Of a DNA stretch of 64,000 nt, positions 27,911 to 40,954 are shown piece after piece; positions within the stretch are counted from its first letter, which is position 1; every line of letters starts with the position of its first letter. This DNA is from Octopus vulgaris (taxonomy: Eukaryota), in the NCBI GenBank assembly GCA_951406725.2, contig OX597816.1, forward strand, positions 41,416,001-41,480,000, given 5' to 3'. A program made the position numbers and the translations under genes. The notes beneath the pieces were generated by a model. It ran no database searches, had not been told where the DNA came from, and worked only from the letters and a program-made list of their open reading frames with translations.

Positions 27911-28256
27911 GGGATCTGGGACTCCCTTCGGTCACGACACTGACCATGGGATTGCACCTAGAAAGTTACCCTCCTAGTCACAAGTCTGGGCAAAGTGGTT
28001 TTATGGAAGACCAGCAGTCGCCCATGCATACCGGCTTCCCCTCTCCACGCCATCAGTGTTATCCAAGGGAAAGGCAAAGGCCGATACAGCTTGGCACCCG
28101 TGACGTCGCAACTCATTTCTACAGCTGAGTGAACTGGAGCAACGTGAAATAAAGTGTCTTGCTCAAGAACACAACACGCAGCCTGGTCCGGGATTCGAGC
28201 TCACAACCTCACGATCGTAAGCTCGACGCTCTAACCACTGAGCCATGCGCCTTCAC
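27908..28256 (-). mobile_element. tRNA-derived SINE family C (V-domain-like CTTGAGCAAGACAC), full length
   Basis: Minus strand: A-box TGGCTCAGTGG, B-box GCTCGAATCCC and TTCTTGAGCAAGACACTTTA. Flanked by TA tracts. Confidence 0.85.
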
Positions 28257-29329
28257 ATATATATATACATGTAGGAAATATATTTGAAATTTATGTGTGC
28301 ATGTGCATGTGTGTGTATATATATATATGTGTGTATGTGTGTGTGAGTGTGTGTTAACACAAATCCACTAACATCTGCAAATAATTTGTCACTTTGCTTC
28401 TACTTGAGATTTATGGTGACGTTCCACATTTCGATGTAAAGCTGTGGTAATTGTCACAATAATTCAATGAGATGCTTGTCCGTTGAAACTAGTGACAAAA
28501 CACTGTGGCGTTGATATATAGATGTGCATATATGGGTACAGGACGTCACCAACAGTAAATAACATGAAATACGAAAACAAGTGATTTTAATACGCAAACA
28601 ACGAGAAAAACATATGGAAATCAAGTCAAATAACACAAAGAACGGCACTGCATCTGTTGCCTACCGTCTATCTACTCTTCATTTTGAGCATTGAAATAAT
28701 TCATTGCCCGTTTTCGAATGAAATTGTGGTGTCAATTTCAACTGTACAGTGTAAAAAAATCGAAGAAACCACGTTAGTCTCAGACACTTTTAATACGAAA
28801 AATATGCTGTTTGGAGCATTATAACTAACATTCTGATTCTCGTTGAAAAATCAATCCACATATTCTCATAACCCGCCTACGAAAATTAGTCAAATGCTTC
28901 TGAAATCTCTACAAATTTTCGTAAAGGAAAGGAAGCACTACATAATGCATGCCTAGACACTGCTGGAAGAATATCGAAGTGACTAGGATCTACACAACAA
29001 CGTAAAAAAGATTCACCAATTCAAAAGCGTCTATGTTTCAACAAGTAGAATTGGATCTCTTTGAAATGTTAATTAATATAAAATATTTCAATATAAAATA
29101 TTTCAACATCACCTTATATGTATTATTTCAACTTCCTGCACCAATATTGTTCGTTAATCTGAGCTTCACAACGAATTTGTTTTTCAACGAAATATATTAT
29201 ACTTACAAATAGATTATAGAATATGCGAAATACTTATTACATCAAGTGAAATGTTTAGCACTGAATACATAAAGAAAAAATAAATAAATAAATAAAAATA
29301 ACTAATATATATATATAAAATTCCTACTA

Positions 29330-30690
<1,361 letters not shown>

Positions 30691-31717
30691 GCAGGAACTT
30701 TATGAAATTTTACTCATCATACATTTAAGGACAAATCTTTCAATTTACAATTTAATATAGTGGAGCATTTAGTATATGTGTATATATATATATTAACTAT
30801 TATATACATTATATTATTTTTGTAATTTACTTAATCTTAACTTTTTAATTGTCGTTTTAATTTTAACCTTTCTATGATATGCACTTTTCCAGATGGTGTA
30901 ATTTAATTGTTCATTTTGAATTGATAAAAGGTGTTTTCTTTCTAATATTTTATGTATATTCATGTATATATATATATATATATATATATAGTAGTATAAA
31001 TATCAACACAAATATTTCTCCTTCCTCCTCTTTTTTTCTTCCTCTCTTCCCTTCTCCAAGCTCATACACACCCACACCCACACACTCTCGCACACACACA
31101 CACACACACCTCCACAAAACAATCATAAAAAGAATTCCTCTTCTCTAAACCCAAAAAACCATTTGACCATCCCTCATTAAACACACACACCCACACACAC
31201 ACACTCTCTCTCAAAATAATAAAAAGAAATATAATTTATGGTCTACCTCCCCGCCAACACACACTCAATAACACTATGAAATGGTCAAAACTGAAATTCT
31301 TTTCCCCCATGATCTTAAACCCACCCTTGAAGCCAACATCCTGTTCAGCAGAGCAAAAAAATTATTTTCTTCTTCTTCCCTCTCCCTTTCCCTCTGTTTC
31401 TTTAGCACTCATTCCAAATCCAAAAACACACACACACGCGCACACACACACATACACACATGCTCTCTCCCTCTCACTTTCTCCTCATCCATCACTCTCT
31501 TGTACTGTCTTATATTCCTCCCCACCTCTACAAACTCAATACCACTATCAAATGGTCAAAACGTTTCACACAGCAACTTAGTTTGATTTGAAAACCTCAC
31601 TAGAATGGGAGAAAGCGCTAATACATGATCTAAGTTATATGATGTATAAAAAATGTAATATAAAAATAAATATCTGTAAATATAAACCATCCGATTTTCT
31701 GAGTACCTCATTTCTTC

Positions 31718-31752
<35 letters not shown>

Positions 31753-32291
31753 TCACAATATTTTCTGTATTCAGAGAATGTAAAAATAATGAACATGATA
31801 AGATTCAACGTAGATTAATGAATTGAAAAGATGCTGAAGATACAAATAAATGGTTAGAAGGTAAATGTGTATTGAATTATTATTCAGACATACACATACG
31901 TAAACAGACACGCACATGGAACCTCATACCATACATAGGTACGCACGTAAGCATACGACAGAATTAAAGCCTGTATTCATGTACGTGAGTGTATGCATAT
32001 ATATGTATGTATGTATATATGTATGTTTGTATATATAATATATATATACACACACAAACACACACACACGCACACACACACATATATATATACACATACA
32101 TATATATACACCTATATATGTATATTATGTATATATATATATATATACTAATATATGTACATATACATGCATATATAAAAGCTTATATATATACATACAT
32201 ATATACACATTCACAAACATATATACAGAGAGAGAGATGGAGAGTGATTGCACATATGCAAGTATATCTAATTATGTATATGCGTTTGAGC

Positions 32292-32369
<78 letters not shown>

Positions 32370-32373
<4 letters not shown>

Positions 32374-33380
32374 CTCTGGTAACACACACAGAAGAAGCCC
32401 TCCAAAGGCTCATTAACTGTTTTGAGCAAGCATGTAACGACTTTGGCTTAGCTATCAGCCTTAAGAAGACCAACATCATGGGCCAGGCTACATCGGACAT
32501 CCCAAACATACATATTGGAGACCACAGATTACAAGAGGTGGAGAGGTTTACCTATCTGGGCTCTACCGTCACCTACAACCTATCCCTTGACGCTGAGCTC
32601 AATATACGCATTGGCAAGGCAGCTGCTGCTATGGCCCAACTCTCCAAACGGGCTTGGGACAACAATAAGCTGACCAAGACCACAAAAATGAAGATCTACC
32701 AGGCATGTGTACTCAGCACTCTACTGTATGGAAGCGAGACGTGGACGCTATACACACGCCAAGAGCGTCGCCTAAACATCTTTCACCTGCGCTGCCTCCG
32801 AAAAATCCTCCACATCAAATGGCAGAATCATATCCCCAACAAAGATGTCCTCAGGCAAGCAGGAATACCAAGCATGTTTGCACTCCTCACACAAAGACGT
32901 ATGAGATGGCTTGGGCATGTTAGCCGTATGAAAGATGGCAGAATCCCCAAGGACATACTCTACGGAGAGCTTGCTAGGGGTACTAGGTCTGTGGGTAGAC
33001 CGATCTTACGTTACAAGGATGTTTGCAAAAGGGATATGAAGGCCTGCAACATCAACATTAGCGGTTGGGAGGCAGTCGCCGGCAACCGTGGAGAATGGCG
33101 ACGTGCAGTAAAAGAGGGTATACAGAGGAGTGACAGAAAGAGAGAGGAGAAATGGAAAGAAAGGAAGAGACATAAACAAGAGACCATGGCACTACAACCA
33201 GCCAGGAACAATCTTCGCTACATTTGCAGTACCTGCCAGAGGGAGTGTTTGTCCAGGATAGGACTACACAGCCACAGCAAGAAATGTAACAGGAAATAAA
33301 ATATAACAGCCGGACTAGACCTAGAAAAAAAAAAAAAATGCGCAACTCCATTGTCTCCCGAGACAGAAAGGATGCCAAAC
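32370..33380 (+). mobile_element. RTE-clade LINE, 5'-truncated, uninterrupted C-terminal ORF (to 33299)
   Basis: [59 protein letters not shown]-terminal CxxC..HSH and a 3' hairpin TGTCTCCCGAGACA. The ORF-track N-terminus is only microsatellite. Confidence 0.93.
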
Positions 33381-35052
33381 TATATATACAGTTCTGTTTA
33401 TTTACTCAAGGATACACACACATTCATGCACGCATACATATATTTGCTTACGCGCGAAATAAGCACTTGAGACATGCATATATTATAAATCTATTAGTAA
33501 GGAATTTGTTGCATACATTCATTTATTAGTGTTCTCAAAGTTCCAAGATTTCAGGTGTAACATTATATTACATCATAAGGTTATAATTCACTCAAATGCT
33601 ACTCGGGAAATCCTGAGACTTTGAAATAGGTTTTATCGCAATTATTCATCTTGTGACTAGCAACTTTAGCTAATATCACGACAATTCTCATAAGCTGAAA
33701 TAAGCTGAAGACAGCACCCTTGTTTTACGTTTTCAATGGAAGGCTTCATCTTTGAAACACTTAAGGTGTAGATTTCACTTTATTGGTCCGTCATCTATAG
33801 AGAATTCTCCACGGCAATTCTCTAACAACCGGAATGATTATGCAAAGCATATATTTAGAAAGTTATTTAGTACGGATATAAAATAATATAGTTGATATGT
33901 AACTATTAACGTATAATGTGCAAAAATGAAATTAAACAGATGAAACTTCTAGTGCTGCCATAGCCAGACGAGGGAAATATATACACAATGAAAATTTCAA
34001 TTCACACCGTCATGAATCTTATTCTCTAAATAGAATACAAGTGATGTTATAAAGTATGGATTATTTGTCAACCAGAGAGTCAGTTCAATGGATTAAGAAT
34101 GTGAAATATTTTAGAACTACGAGTTGATATCAAAATGTTTCCGACAGGCATCTGACCGCCTTAGGAAGGGATATATCATAACTGAATACACTATTAAGGT
34201 ACATTTCTTTTATTATGTTTCTTGGATGCGAAAGTCACTATAAAAAATAGTCCATAATACGTATAAGCAAGAAACATTGTCTCTGAGATATACGAAAACA
34301 GATGGAGGAAGACTAAGATGACTTATTTTAAACAAGCATTTTTATGTTAATGAAGTCAGCAATGCAACAGAGTTTTCTCATGCTAGTATGATATTTGCAA
34401 CAGGCACATATATTAATCGATATGTAACGAAGTTTTCAACACCAAAAAAAAAAAAATAATAATAATAACCATGTACTTGAAGATTCATAAGTAGTACCTG
34501 GCTGCACAGCACGATGAGGAACTTCGACTTGACGTCAACTCAAGCCATCAACTTGGAACTTTGAACATTTCTCAGCTTTCTTGCTTATGGGAAGATCCTT
34601 TACCAAAATCTCGGCAACGTATAAAGAATTATACAGGACTTGGTGATTAGATTTTAAAAAGCCCATGTTATTAGCAGCTACACTGTTTCAGATTTAAATA
34701 AAAACTGCTAATTCAATTTCCTTTTTCCAGGACCTCATAGAACGCTTGCAAGAAAATTGTACGTAGTTGTCAGAAAACCACTGTGCCAAACTATGTTAGA
34801 GAGAATGTTGAAGACAATGTTGGAGAAGAAAGTAGAAAAAATAGCAAATAGTGGAAGTTAATTGTTAATGTGTGAACAAGTTTTTATTCAATCAATATAT
34901 CTTAATTTCCTCTGTCGTCTTTTATGATTCTCTACCCCATCACACATACACGCACATACTCACACACACACACACAAATATAAACATATACATGAATATA
35001 TGTATGCGTATATATGCACGTATATATGTAAATATATACAACGCACACACTA

Positions 35053-35104
<52 letters not shown>

Positions 35105-36351
35105 GTGAAAAAGAAAGATGAATAATCTTGAAGTAGATTAATCAAAAGTTTAACCGATACCTTAGTAGCAAAAATCACAGCAGTAAAACAGCACGGTTGG
35201 AGGTACAACCATATGGTGTTGCAACCGTGCGTTGGTGCGGATAATTGAAATTAGAACATTATTGGTGAATTGAAGAAATGGAGCTGAACGCAGATTGAAC
35301 AGAAATCGTTTTATTTCATTCTACACGTGTTTCGAAAGGCACAAATTACCAAAATCCGATGGAATAATGGGACCATATTGTGTCTTTCTCTTCAGGAAGA
35401 AAATAGGAAATCCGTTGGAAAAACAAAAACAGAACAGAGGCGGAGCAAAAACAAATCGAACTATGCTCCTAAGAGCCCATGGCGAAACCGTTTATCAGTG
35501 TATGTTGAGAACCGGTGGCTGAAGAATTCAACGGGTCAGGCATCGGTCAATCATGTGGGTGAGGGGGCGTAGATGTTCTTTGTGACCGAGAATAAAGTTC
35601 TGACTATTTAAGGAATATTGGATGTTTTATAAGGGGTGAGAAAAAATCTACTTAGAGACGTGTGTGTGTGTATACTGTTCTATATACGTGTGTGTTGGCG
35701 TAGGGGTAGAAAACATTTTTTGTGTACGTGTGTGCGTTTGATCGTTCGGCTGTCAGTGGCTACTGCCGTGATGACCGTTGGGTGGCAGAAAAAAAATATA
35801 CATCATGTTTTATGTGTGTGTGTGTTCTCATCTAAACCTGCCTTGTCAAGGAAACCCCCCGCTGTGAAAAAACCAAGCCCCGTTTGTCTTACAGGAGTAA
35901 TTCCCCTTGCAGTGGTTAATCGTAGATATCTTAAAGGCTATTTCAGAATTTGTTACCAAGGGTTATGGGTGCCGGTATTATTTATAAACGCTATTTAAAA
36001 GCCAGATAAGTGTAACGCCGCCAATGGGGGCATCGAAAAGCCGACTGTAAAAGCCCGTTTACCATCCGGCCTCTGGCAAACAAAATATGGAAGAGTTCGG
36101 AGACACAAAGGTTGCACTGCCTTCTGCCCCTATCAAATGGGAGGGCCACCGACAAAATTGACCATTCCAGCCTGTAGCTTAAGTTCGTATCCTTCAGTCG
36201 CCATATTAGCTTACTGAGTCCCGTGGTCTGGCGCTTGTTCATGTCCCGAAAAGTTGCGTAATGGTTGGAGACACGCAAAGACAATCTTGAGGATGAGGCC
36301 CCTACATAAGTGAAGACATCTGAGTCCGTGTAAACCTTGCATTGGTAGACG

Positions 36352-37248
36352 GTTAACTCGCATAAAGTTAGGATAGCTTTCTCCAACACTAAAAACCTCG
36401 CCCAGATAATCGCCTCCCATAATAATAGGCTACTTACTAAGACCCTATCACCTTTTTCCGGAGGCACAGCCTCTTCCGCTCCCGGTTTAATGCTCAGTAG
36501 GAATAATTATAGTAGTAATAATGATATGAGAGCCAGTACAGTGACACATAATCTCAGCTCCAGCCAGGGAGTACCCACTAGGGGTATGGTTATAAATAGG
36601 GGTGTTGTGGTTGACGGTAACAATGGGAGTAGGGTAGAGAGCCCCAATAGCATCCCCAGCATCATTTCCCGCAATAGCAGCACCACGGGCAGTAGCAATG
36701 ACAGCACTTTGATAGATAGTGGAGAATCAGGGGTTATTCCTATAGTTAATAGTGACGTAGTGGAAAATAGAGTAGTAAGCGGCTGCAGGTCTCGGAACGA
36801 ATATAGTGACAGGAACGCAGTTCTAATTTCAGAAACTAATCCTAGCAGAATTAGATTCACGTCGGCGAACTCCAAGATCAAAAACGCCGTCTACCAATGC
36901 AAGGTTTACACGGACTCAGATGTCTTCACTTATGTAGGGGCCTCATCCTCAAGATTGTCTTTGCGTGTCTCCAACCATTACGCAACTTTTCGGGACATGA
37001 ACAAGCGCCAGACCACGGGACTCAGTAAGCTAATATGGCGACTGAAGGATACGAACTTAAGCTACAGGCTGGAATGGTCAATTTTGTCGGTGGCCCTCCC
37101 ATTTGATAGGGGCAGAAGGCAGTGCAACCTTTGTGTCTCCGAACTCTTCCATATTTTGTTTGCCAGAGGCCGGATGGTAAACGGGCTTTTACAGTCGGCT
37201 TTTCGATGCCCCCATTGGCGGCGTTACACTTATCTGGCTTTTAAATAG
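36352..37248 (+). CDS. C-terminal part of PLE ORF: end of RT thumb, Ser/Asn-rich linker, GIY-YIG endonuclease
   Basis: The frame is open from the inversion junction: VNSHKVRIAFSNTKNLAQIIASHNNRLL...AVYQ...YVG...R..NH...LSKLIW.LKD...W.IL...CNLCVSE...N...CPH. Confidence 0.85.
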   Translation, partial: VNSHKVRIAFSNTKNLAQIIASHNNRLLTKTLSPFSGGTASSAPGLMLSRNNYSSNNDMRASTVTHNLSSSQGVPTRGMVINRGVVVDGNNGSRVESPNSIPSIISRNSSTTGSSNDSTLIDSGESGVIPIVNSDVVENRVVSGCRSRNEYSDRNAVLISETNPSRIRFTSANSKIKNAVYQCKVYTDSDVFTYVGASSSRLSLRVSNHYATFRDMNKRQTTGLSKLIWRLKDTNLSYRLEWSILSVALPFDRGRRQCNLCVSELFHILFARGRMVNGLLQSAFRCPHWRRYTYLAFK

Positions 37249-37833
37249 CGTTTATAAATAATACCGGCTCCCATAGCCCTTGGTAACAAATTCTGAAATA
37301 GCCTTTAAGATATCTACGATTAACCACTGCAAGGGGAATTACTCCTGTAAGACAAACGGGGCTTGGTTTTTTCACAGCGGGGGGTTTCCTTGACAAGGCA
37401 GGTTTAGATGAGAACACACACACACATAAAACATGATGTATATTTTTTTTCTGCCACCCAACGGTCATCACGGCAGTAGCCACTGACAGCCGAACGATCA
37501 AACGCACACACGTACACAAAAAATGTTTTCTACCCCTACGCCAACACACACGTATATAGAACAGTATACACACACACACGTCTCTAAGTAGATTTTTTCT
37601 CGCCCCTTATAAAACATCCAATATTCCTTAAATAGTCAGAACTTTATTCTCGGTCACAAAGAACATCTACGCCCCCTCACCCACATGATTGACCGATGCC
37701 TGACCCGTTGAATTCTTCAGCCACCGGTTCTCAACATACACTGATAAACGGTTTCGCCATGGGCTCTTAGGAGCATAGTTCGATTTGTTTTTGCTCCGCC
37801 TCTGTTCTGTTTTTGTTTTTCCAACGGATTTCC

Positions 37834-37927
37834 TATTTTCTTCCTGAAGAGAAAGACACAATATGGTCCCATTATTCCATCGGATTTTGGTAATTTGTGC
37901 CTTTCGAAACACGTGTAGAATGAAATA
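37834..37927 (+). ncRNA. Type I hammerhead ribozyme, intact core (mirror copy ~35312-35405 on minus strand)
   Basis: TTC-CTGAAGA-GAAAGACACAA...TTGTGCCTTTC-GAAAC-ACGT-GTA-GAA, with palindromic stem III ACACGTGT. Predicted cleavage is after 37917. Confidence 0.85.
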
Positions 37928-37979
37928 AAACGATTTCTGTTCAATCTGCGTTCAGCTCCATTTCTTCAATTCACCAATA

Positions 37980-38035
<56 letters not shown>

Positions 38036-38083
38036 AAACAAGTCAAAAATAGAAAATGCTAAGATGATTTATAGTGAATCTTT

Positions 38084-38121
38084 CAGTACCGGTTTCGGTC
38101 ATTTTGAGACCTTTTCAACTG
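38084..38121 (-). ncRNA. Minimal type I hammerhead, U3-A8 core variant
   Basis: Minus strand CAG-TTGAAAA-GGTC-TCAAAAT-GACC-GAAAC-CG-GTA-CTG. Confidence 0.75.
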
Positions 38122-38697
38122 TAACGATTAAATAATTAAATTTAGAAAAATTTAGAAAAATTAGAAGAAAGGTTTTTTTAAAGGAATACTTCCATAGTAG
38201 TGTTCAGATATAGGTGGCATTCTGCCTTTCTCTGACTCCCTTGTTTGCACTTGTGTATTCGAGGTCGTTGTGAGTTCTTGAGGGGGTGGGAGTGGGAAAA
38301 TCTGGGCTGGTCAGTGGCGACCGGCAGTCGCTGCGTAGGCGTTATACTTAAAGACGTTAGTGACAAGGTTAAGGGGTAGAAGGTGGAGAAGTAGAAGAAG
38401 AAGAAGAAGAAGAAGAAGAAGAAGAAGATGACGGTGCCGATGATGATGACGATGAAGAAGAAGAAGGAGAAGGAGAAGATGACGATGATGATGGTGGTGA
38501 TGACGATGACGACGATGATGATGGTAATGATGATGATGAAGAAGAAGAAGAGGAAGAAGAAGAAAAAAAAAAAAACAGAGAAGGGAGAATATGAATGGGT
38601 GAAGATATAGCTGTGATGGGGCGATTAGTAATGGATTCTATGGAATGTAATATTTGTGTGTGTATATATATTTCTTTTATTCTTAAGTTGAGGTATA

Positions 38698-40851
38698 TTA
38701 ATTGTTTGTCGTAGACCCGTTAAGAAGTGGCCTGTATTTTATAATAAAGAGATTTTCTTTACTTATTCGTTGTCTCGAGGTTGTATCGTCCCTAAATTGG
38801 TAGAGGGGGAAAATTCTGAAGTTTGGTGTTTTTTTGTTGGCGCAAGTATCTATGTGTTGGCTAAAAGCTATTTTTCTGTTTTGGGGAATTTTTATCTGGG
38901 ATCTGTGCAGGGCCATTCGTTTACGCAAACCATTTTTTGTTTGGCCTATGTACTGCTCTTGACACCCGGAGCAGGTTAGTGAGTATATTAGGTTCTCCGA
39001 AGCACATGTGAAGTTGCTTTTCACTGTAAACCGTTGTCCCTGTTTGAAGGAGAACTCAGAACCCTCGATTAGATAGTCGCATATCCCGCAATTGGGTCTT
39101 CCACATTTTTTTACTGTCGGCTTCTGTGTTGAAGAGTGAATTCGGGCTTGTGTTGGGAGACTTTTCATGGATCTAGGCTGTCTTTTGCTTTTTATGATCG
39201 TGTGTGTTTGGAGGATTGTGTTCATTCTGTGGTCTTTTTTTAGGAGGGGTATGTTGTGGAGGATGGTGCCGAAGGCTTCGTTATTGAGAGGGTTGTGTGT
39301 GGAGATGTATGGTAAGGCTTTTGGTTGTAAGTTTTTCTTTGGTTTGGGATGTCTCAGTTCCTTGATGTTAAGTTGAAGGGCACGTTGAATGCACTTGTCA
39401 ATAAGTGAAGGTGGATAGTTCCTGGTGATAAGGGTATCTTTTAGTTCTTGTAGTCGTGTGTCTCTGGTGTTTGCGTTAGAGACTACAGTGCATATCCTTT
39501 TTGCTAGATTGAAGGGGATATTCATCCTGGTGTGTCTGGGGTGGCATGAATTGAATGGAAGATATTGCTTAGAGTCTGTAGGCTTATAGTATATGTCTGT
39601 TTCTATTATATTATTAGCTTTCTTAATGAGGATATCGAGGAAGGGAAGTTGTTGCTGGCTATATTCCATCATGAATTGGATGTTTACGTCCAGCCCGTTT
39701 AAAATTTCCGGGAATTCTATGAGTTTTTCTATATTTTTATGCCAAAGAATGAAACAGTCATCTAGATATCTCTTCCAGTTGTTTTCTATGTAGATGGAGA
39801 AAGGGCTGCCATATCTTTCTAGAACCTTACGATACAGACTGATCTCTAGGTATCCTATGACTAGGTTGGCAAAGGAGGGGGCCATTCGTGTACCCATCGC
39901 AGTCCCCGATTTTTGTCGGTAGAAGTTGTCATTGAAGGTGAAGAAGTTATTTTCCAGGATGAATTTAACCCCTTCTATCACGAATTCTTTTTTGATGCGG
40001 TGTGGTAGTTCGTTGGCGTGATTCTCTAGCCAGAATTGGATTGCCTCTAGTCCTAGGTTGTGGGGGATATTGGAGTAGAGGTTGACTACATCGAAGGATA
40101 CCAGTATGCTGTTTTGGTTTATAGTATTCGGTAGGTGATTGAGCATATCTAAGTCGTCCCTTATATAGCTTTTGACATGTTTGAGGAGTGGTTTTAACAG
40201 GGTGTCTAAAAAGTTACTGAGGCGGTGGATTTCGCATGCGGGACCTGCTATTATGGGTCTCAATTTGAGGTCATTGGGATTAGGGACTTTAATTATTTTG
40301 TCTGTGGCTATCTTGCATGCGTTGCTTATTTTTTCACTTTTGTGGATCTTAGGTATACCGTAGAATTGGCTAGTTTTACTTGTGAAATTGGTCATATAAT
40401 CATATTCTTTGTCGGTGAGCCCTGCTTTGTATGGGTTAAATATGGATTTTAGTTCCCTCATTATTTTTTGTTGACTGTAGTTTTGTGCCTTTTCATAGTA
40501 TGTTGTGTCTTCCAGCATAGAAAGAACCAAAGTTATGTAAAAAGTCGTATCCATTAAGACAACAGCACTCCCTTTATCGGCCTCTTTGATTGTTATTGTT
40601 TTATCTTGTTTTAATTTGTTCAACTCAGCCCATTCTTTTTTGCTGAAGTTTGGTTTGTGTTTTTGTTTGTGCATATGTTGATATGGGTAATTAGATATGT
40701 GGTCACAGAAATCATCAAGTGTTTTGTTCTTACCTTTCGAGGGGGTGTAGTTACTCCTATTTCTGGCTAACGATTCGTCCTCGTTGTATTTATCGTATAG
40801 CTCCTCAGTAAGTCTTAATTTTCTGCAGAATTCTGCGATGTCTTCTTTCAT
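38698..40851 (-). CDS. Penelope-like reverse transcriptase + GIY-YIG endonuclease (717 aa, N-terminus truncated)
   Basis: KEADKGSAVV, FYGIPKIHK, LRPIIAG, LVSFDVVNLYSNIP, GTAMGTRMAPSFANL, RYLDDCF, LPFLDILI, YYKPTD, SCHP, CGRPNCGIC and LIYSLTCSGCQEQYIGQT. Confidence 0.95.
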   Translation of the reverse strand: MKEDIAEFCRKLRLTEELYDKYNEDESLARNRSNYTPSKGKNKTLDDFCDHISNYPYQHMHKQKHKPNFSKKEWAELNKLKQDKTITIKEADKGSAVVLMDTTFYITLVLSMLEDTTYYEKAQNYSQQKIMRELKSIFNPYKAGLTDKEYDYMTNFTSKTSQFYGIPKIHKSEKISNACKIATDKIIKVPNPNDLKLRPIIAGPACEIHRLSNFLDTLLKPLLKHVKSYIRDDLDMLNHLPNTINQNSILVSFDVVNLYSNIPHNLGLEAIQFWLENHANELPHRIKKEFVIEGVKFILENNFFTFNDNFYRQKSGTAMGTRMAPSFANLVIGYLEISLYRKVLERYGSPFSIYIENNWKRYLDDCFILWHKNIEKLIEFPEILNGLDVNIQFMMEYSQQQLPFLDILIKKANNIIETDIYYKPTDSKQYLPFNSCHPRHTRMNIPFNLAKRICTVVSNANTRDTRLQELKDTLITRNYPPSLIDKCIQRALQLNIKELRHPKPKKNLQPKALPYISTHNPLNNEAFGTILHNIPLLKKDHRMNTILQTHTIIKSKRQPRSMKSLPTQARIHSSTQKPTVKKCGRPNCGICDYLIEGSEFSFKQGQRFTVKSNFTCASENLIYSLTCSGCQEQYIGQTKNGLRKRMALHRSQIKIPQNRKIAFSQHIDTCANKKTPNFRIFPLYQFRDDTTSRQRISKENLFIIKYRPLLNGSTTNN

Positions 40852-40873
40852 TTCGTTGTAGTTGGGGTGTTGT

Positions 40874-40953
<80 letters not shown>

Positions 40954-40954
40954 A

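Larger units (their letters stand above)
35101..37983 (+). mobile_element. 5'-truncated, 5'-inverted Penelope-like element (Nematis-like GIY-YIG) inserted in (TA)n
   Basis: Arms 35256-36352 and 36887-37983 are 1097-bp inverted repeats with about 3 mismatches and a 534-bp spacer. There is a left-only extension at 35101-35255 and (TA)n on both sides. Confidence 0.92.
38032..40877 (-). mobile_element. Neptune-type Penelope-like element, 5'-truncated, between two (TA)n tracts
   Basis: Contains ORF 38698-40851 and a 3' UTR with TTC/TCA microsatellite and an HHR. Confidence 0.93.

Noticed and set aside
28180-28256. tRNA gene
   Set aside because: The A/B boxes continue into a SINE body, so this is a tRNA-derived head. 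The same applies at 12531 and 51843.
31989-32369. N-terminal third of the 436-aa ORF
   Set aside because: Microsatellite read-through fused in frame to a truncated RTE.
34470-34930. Possible Tc1-like relic
   Set aside because: Only a faint resemblance. No readable DDE motif or TIR pair.
35467-35500. CCTAAGA-GCC-CAT-GGC-GAAAC-CG as an additional hammerhead
   Set aside because: It lacks the essential G of CUGA, has no good stem I or cleavage triplet, and is antisense to the element.
35991-36467. 158-aa minus-strand ORF as a second nuclease gene
   Set aside because: By-product of the inversion: antisense spacer sequence fused to the duplicated GIY-YIG segment.
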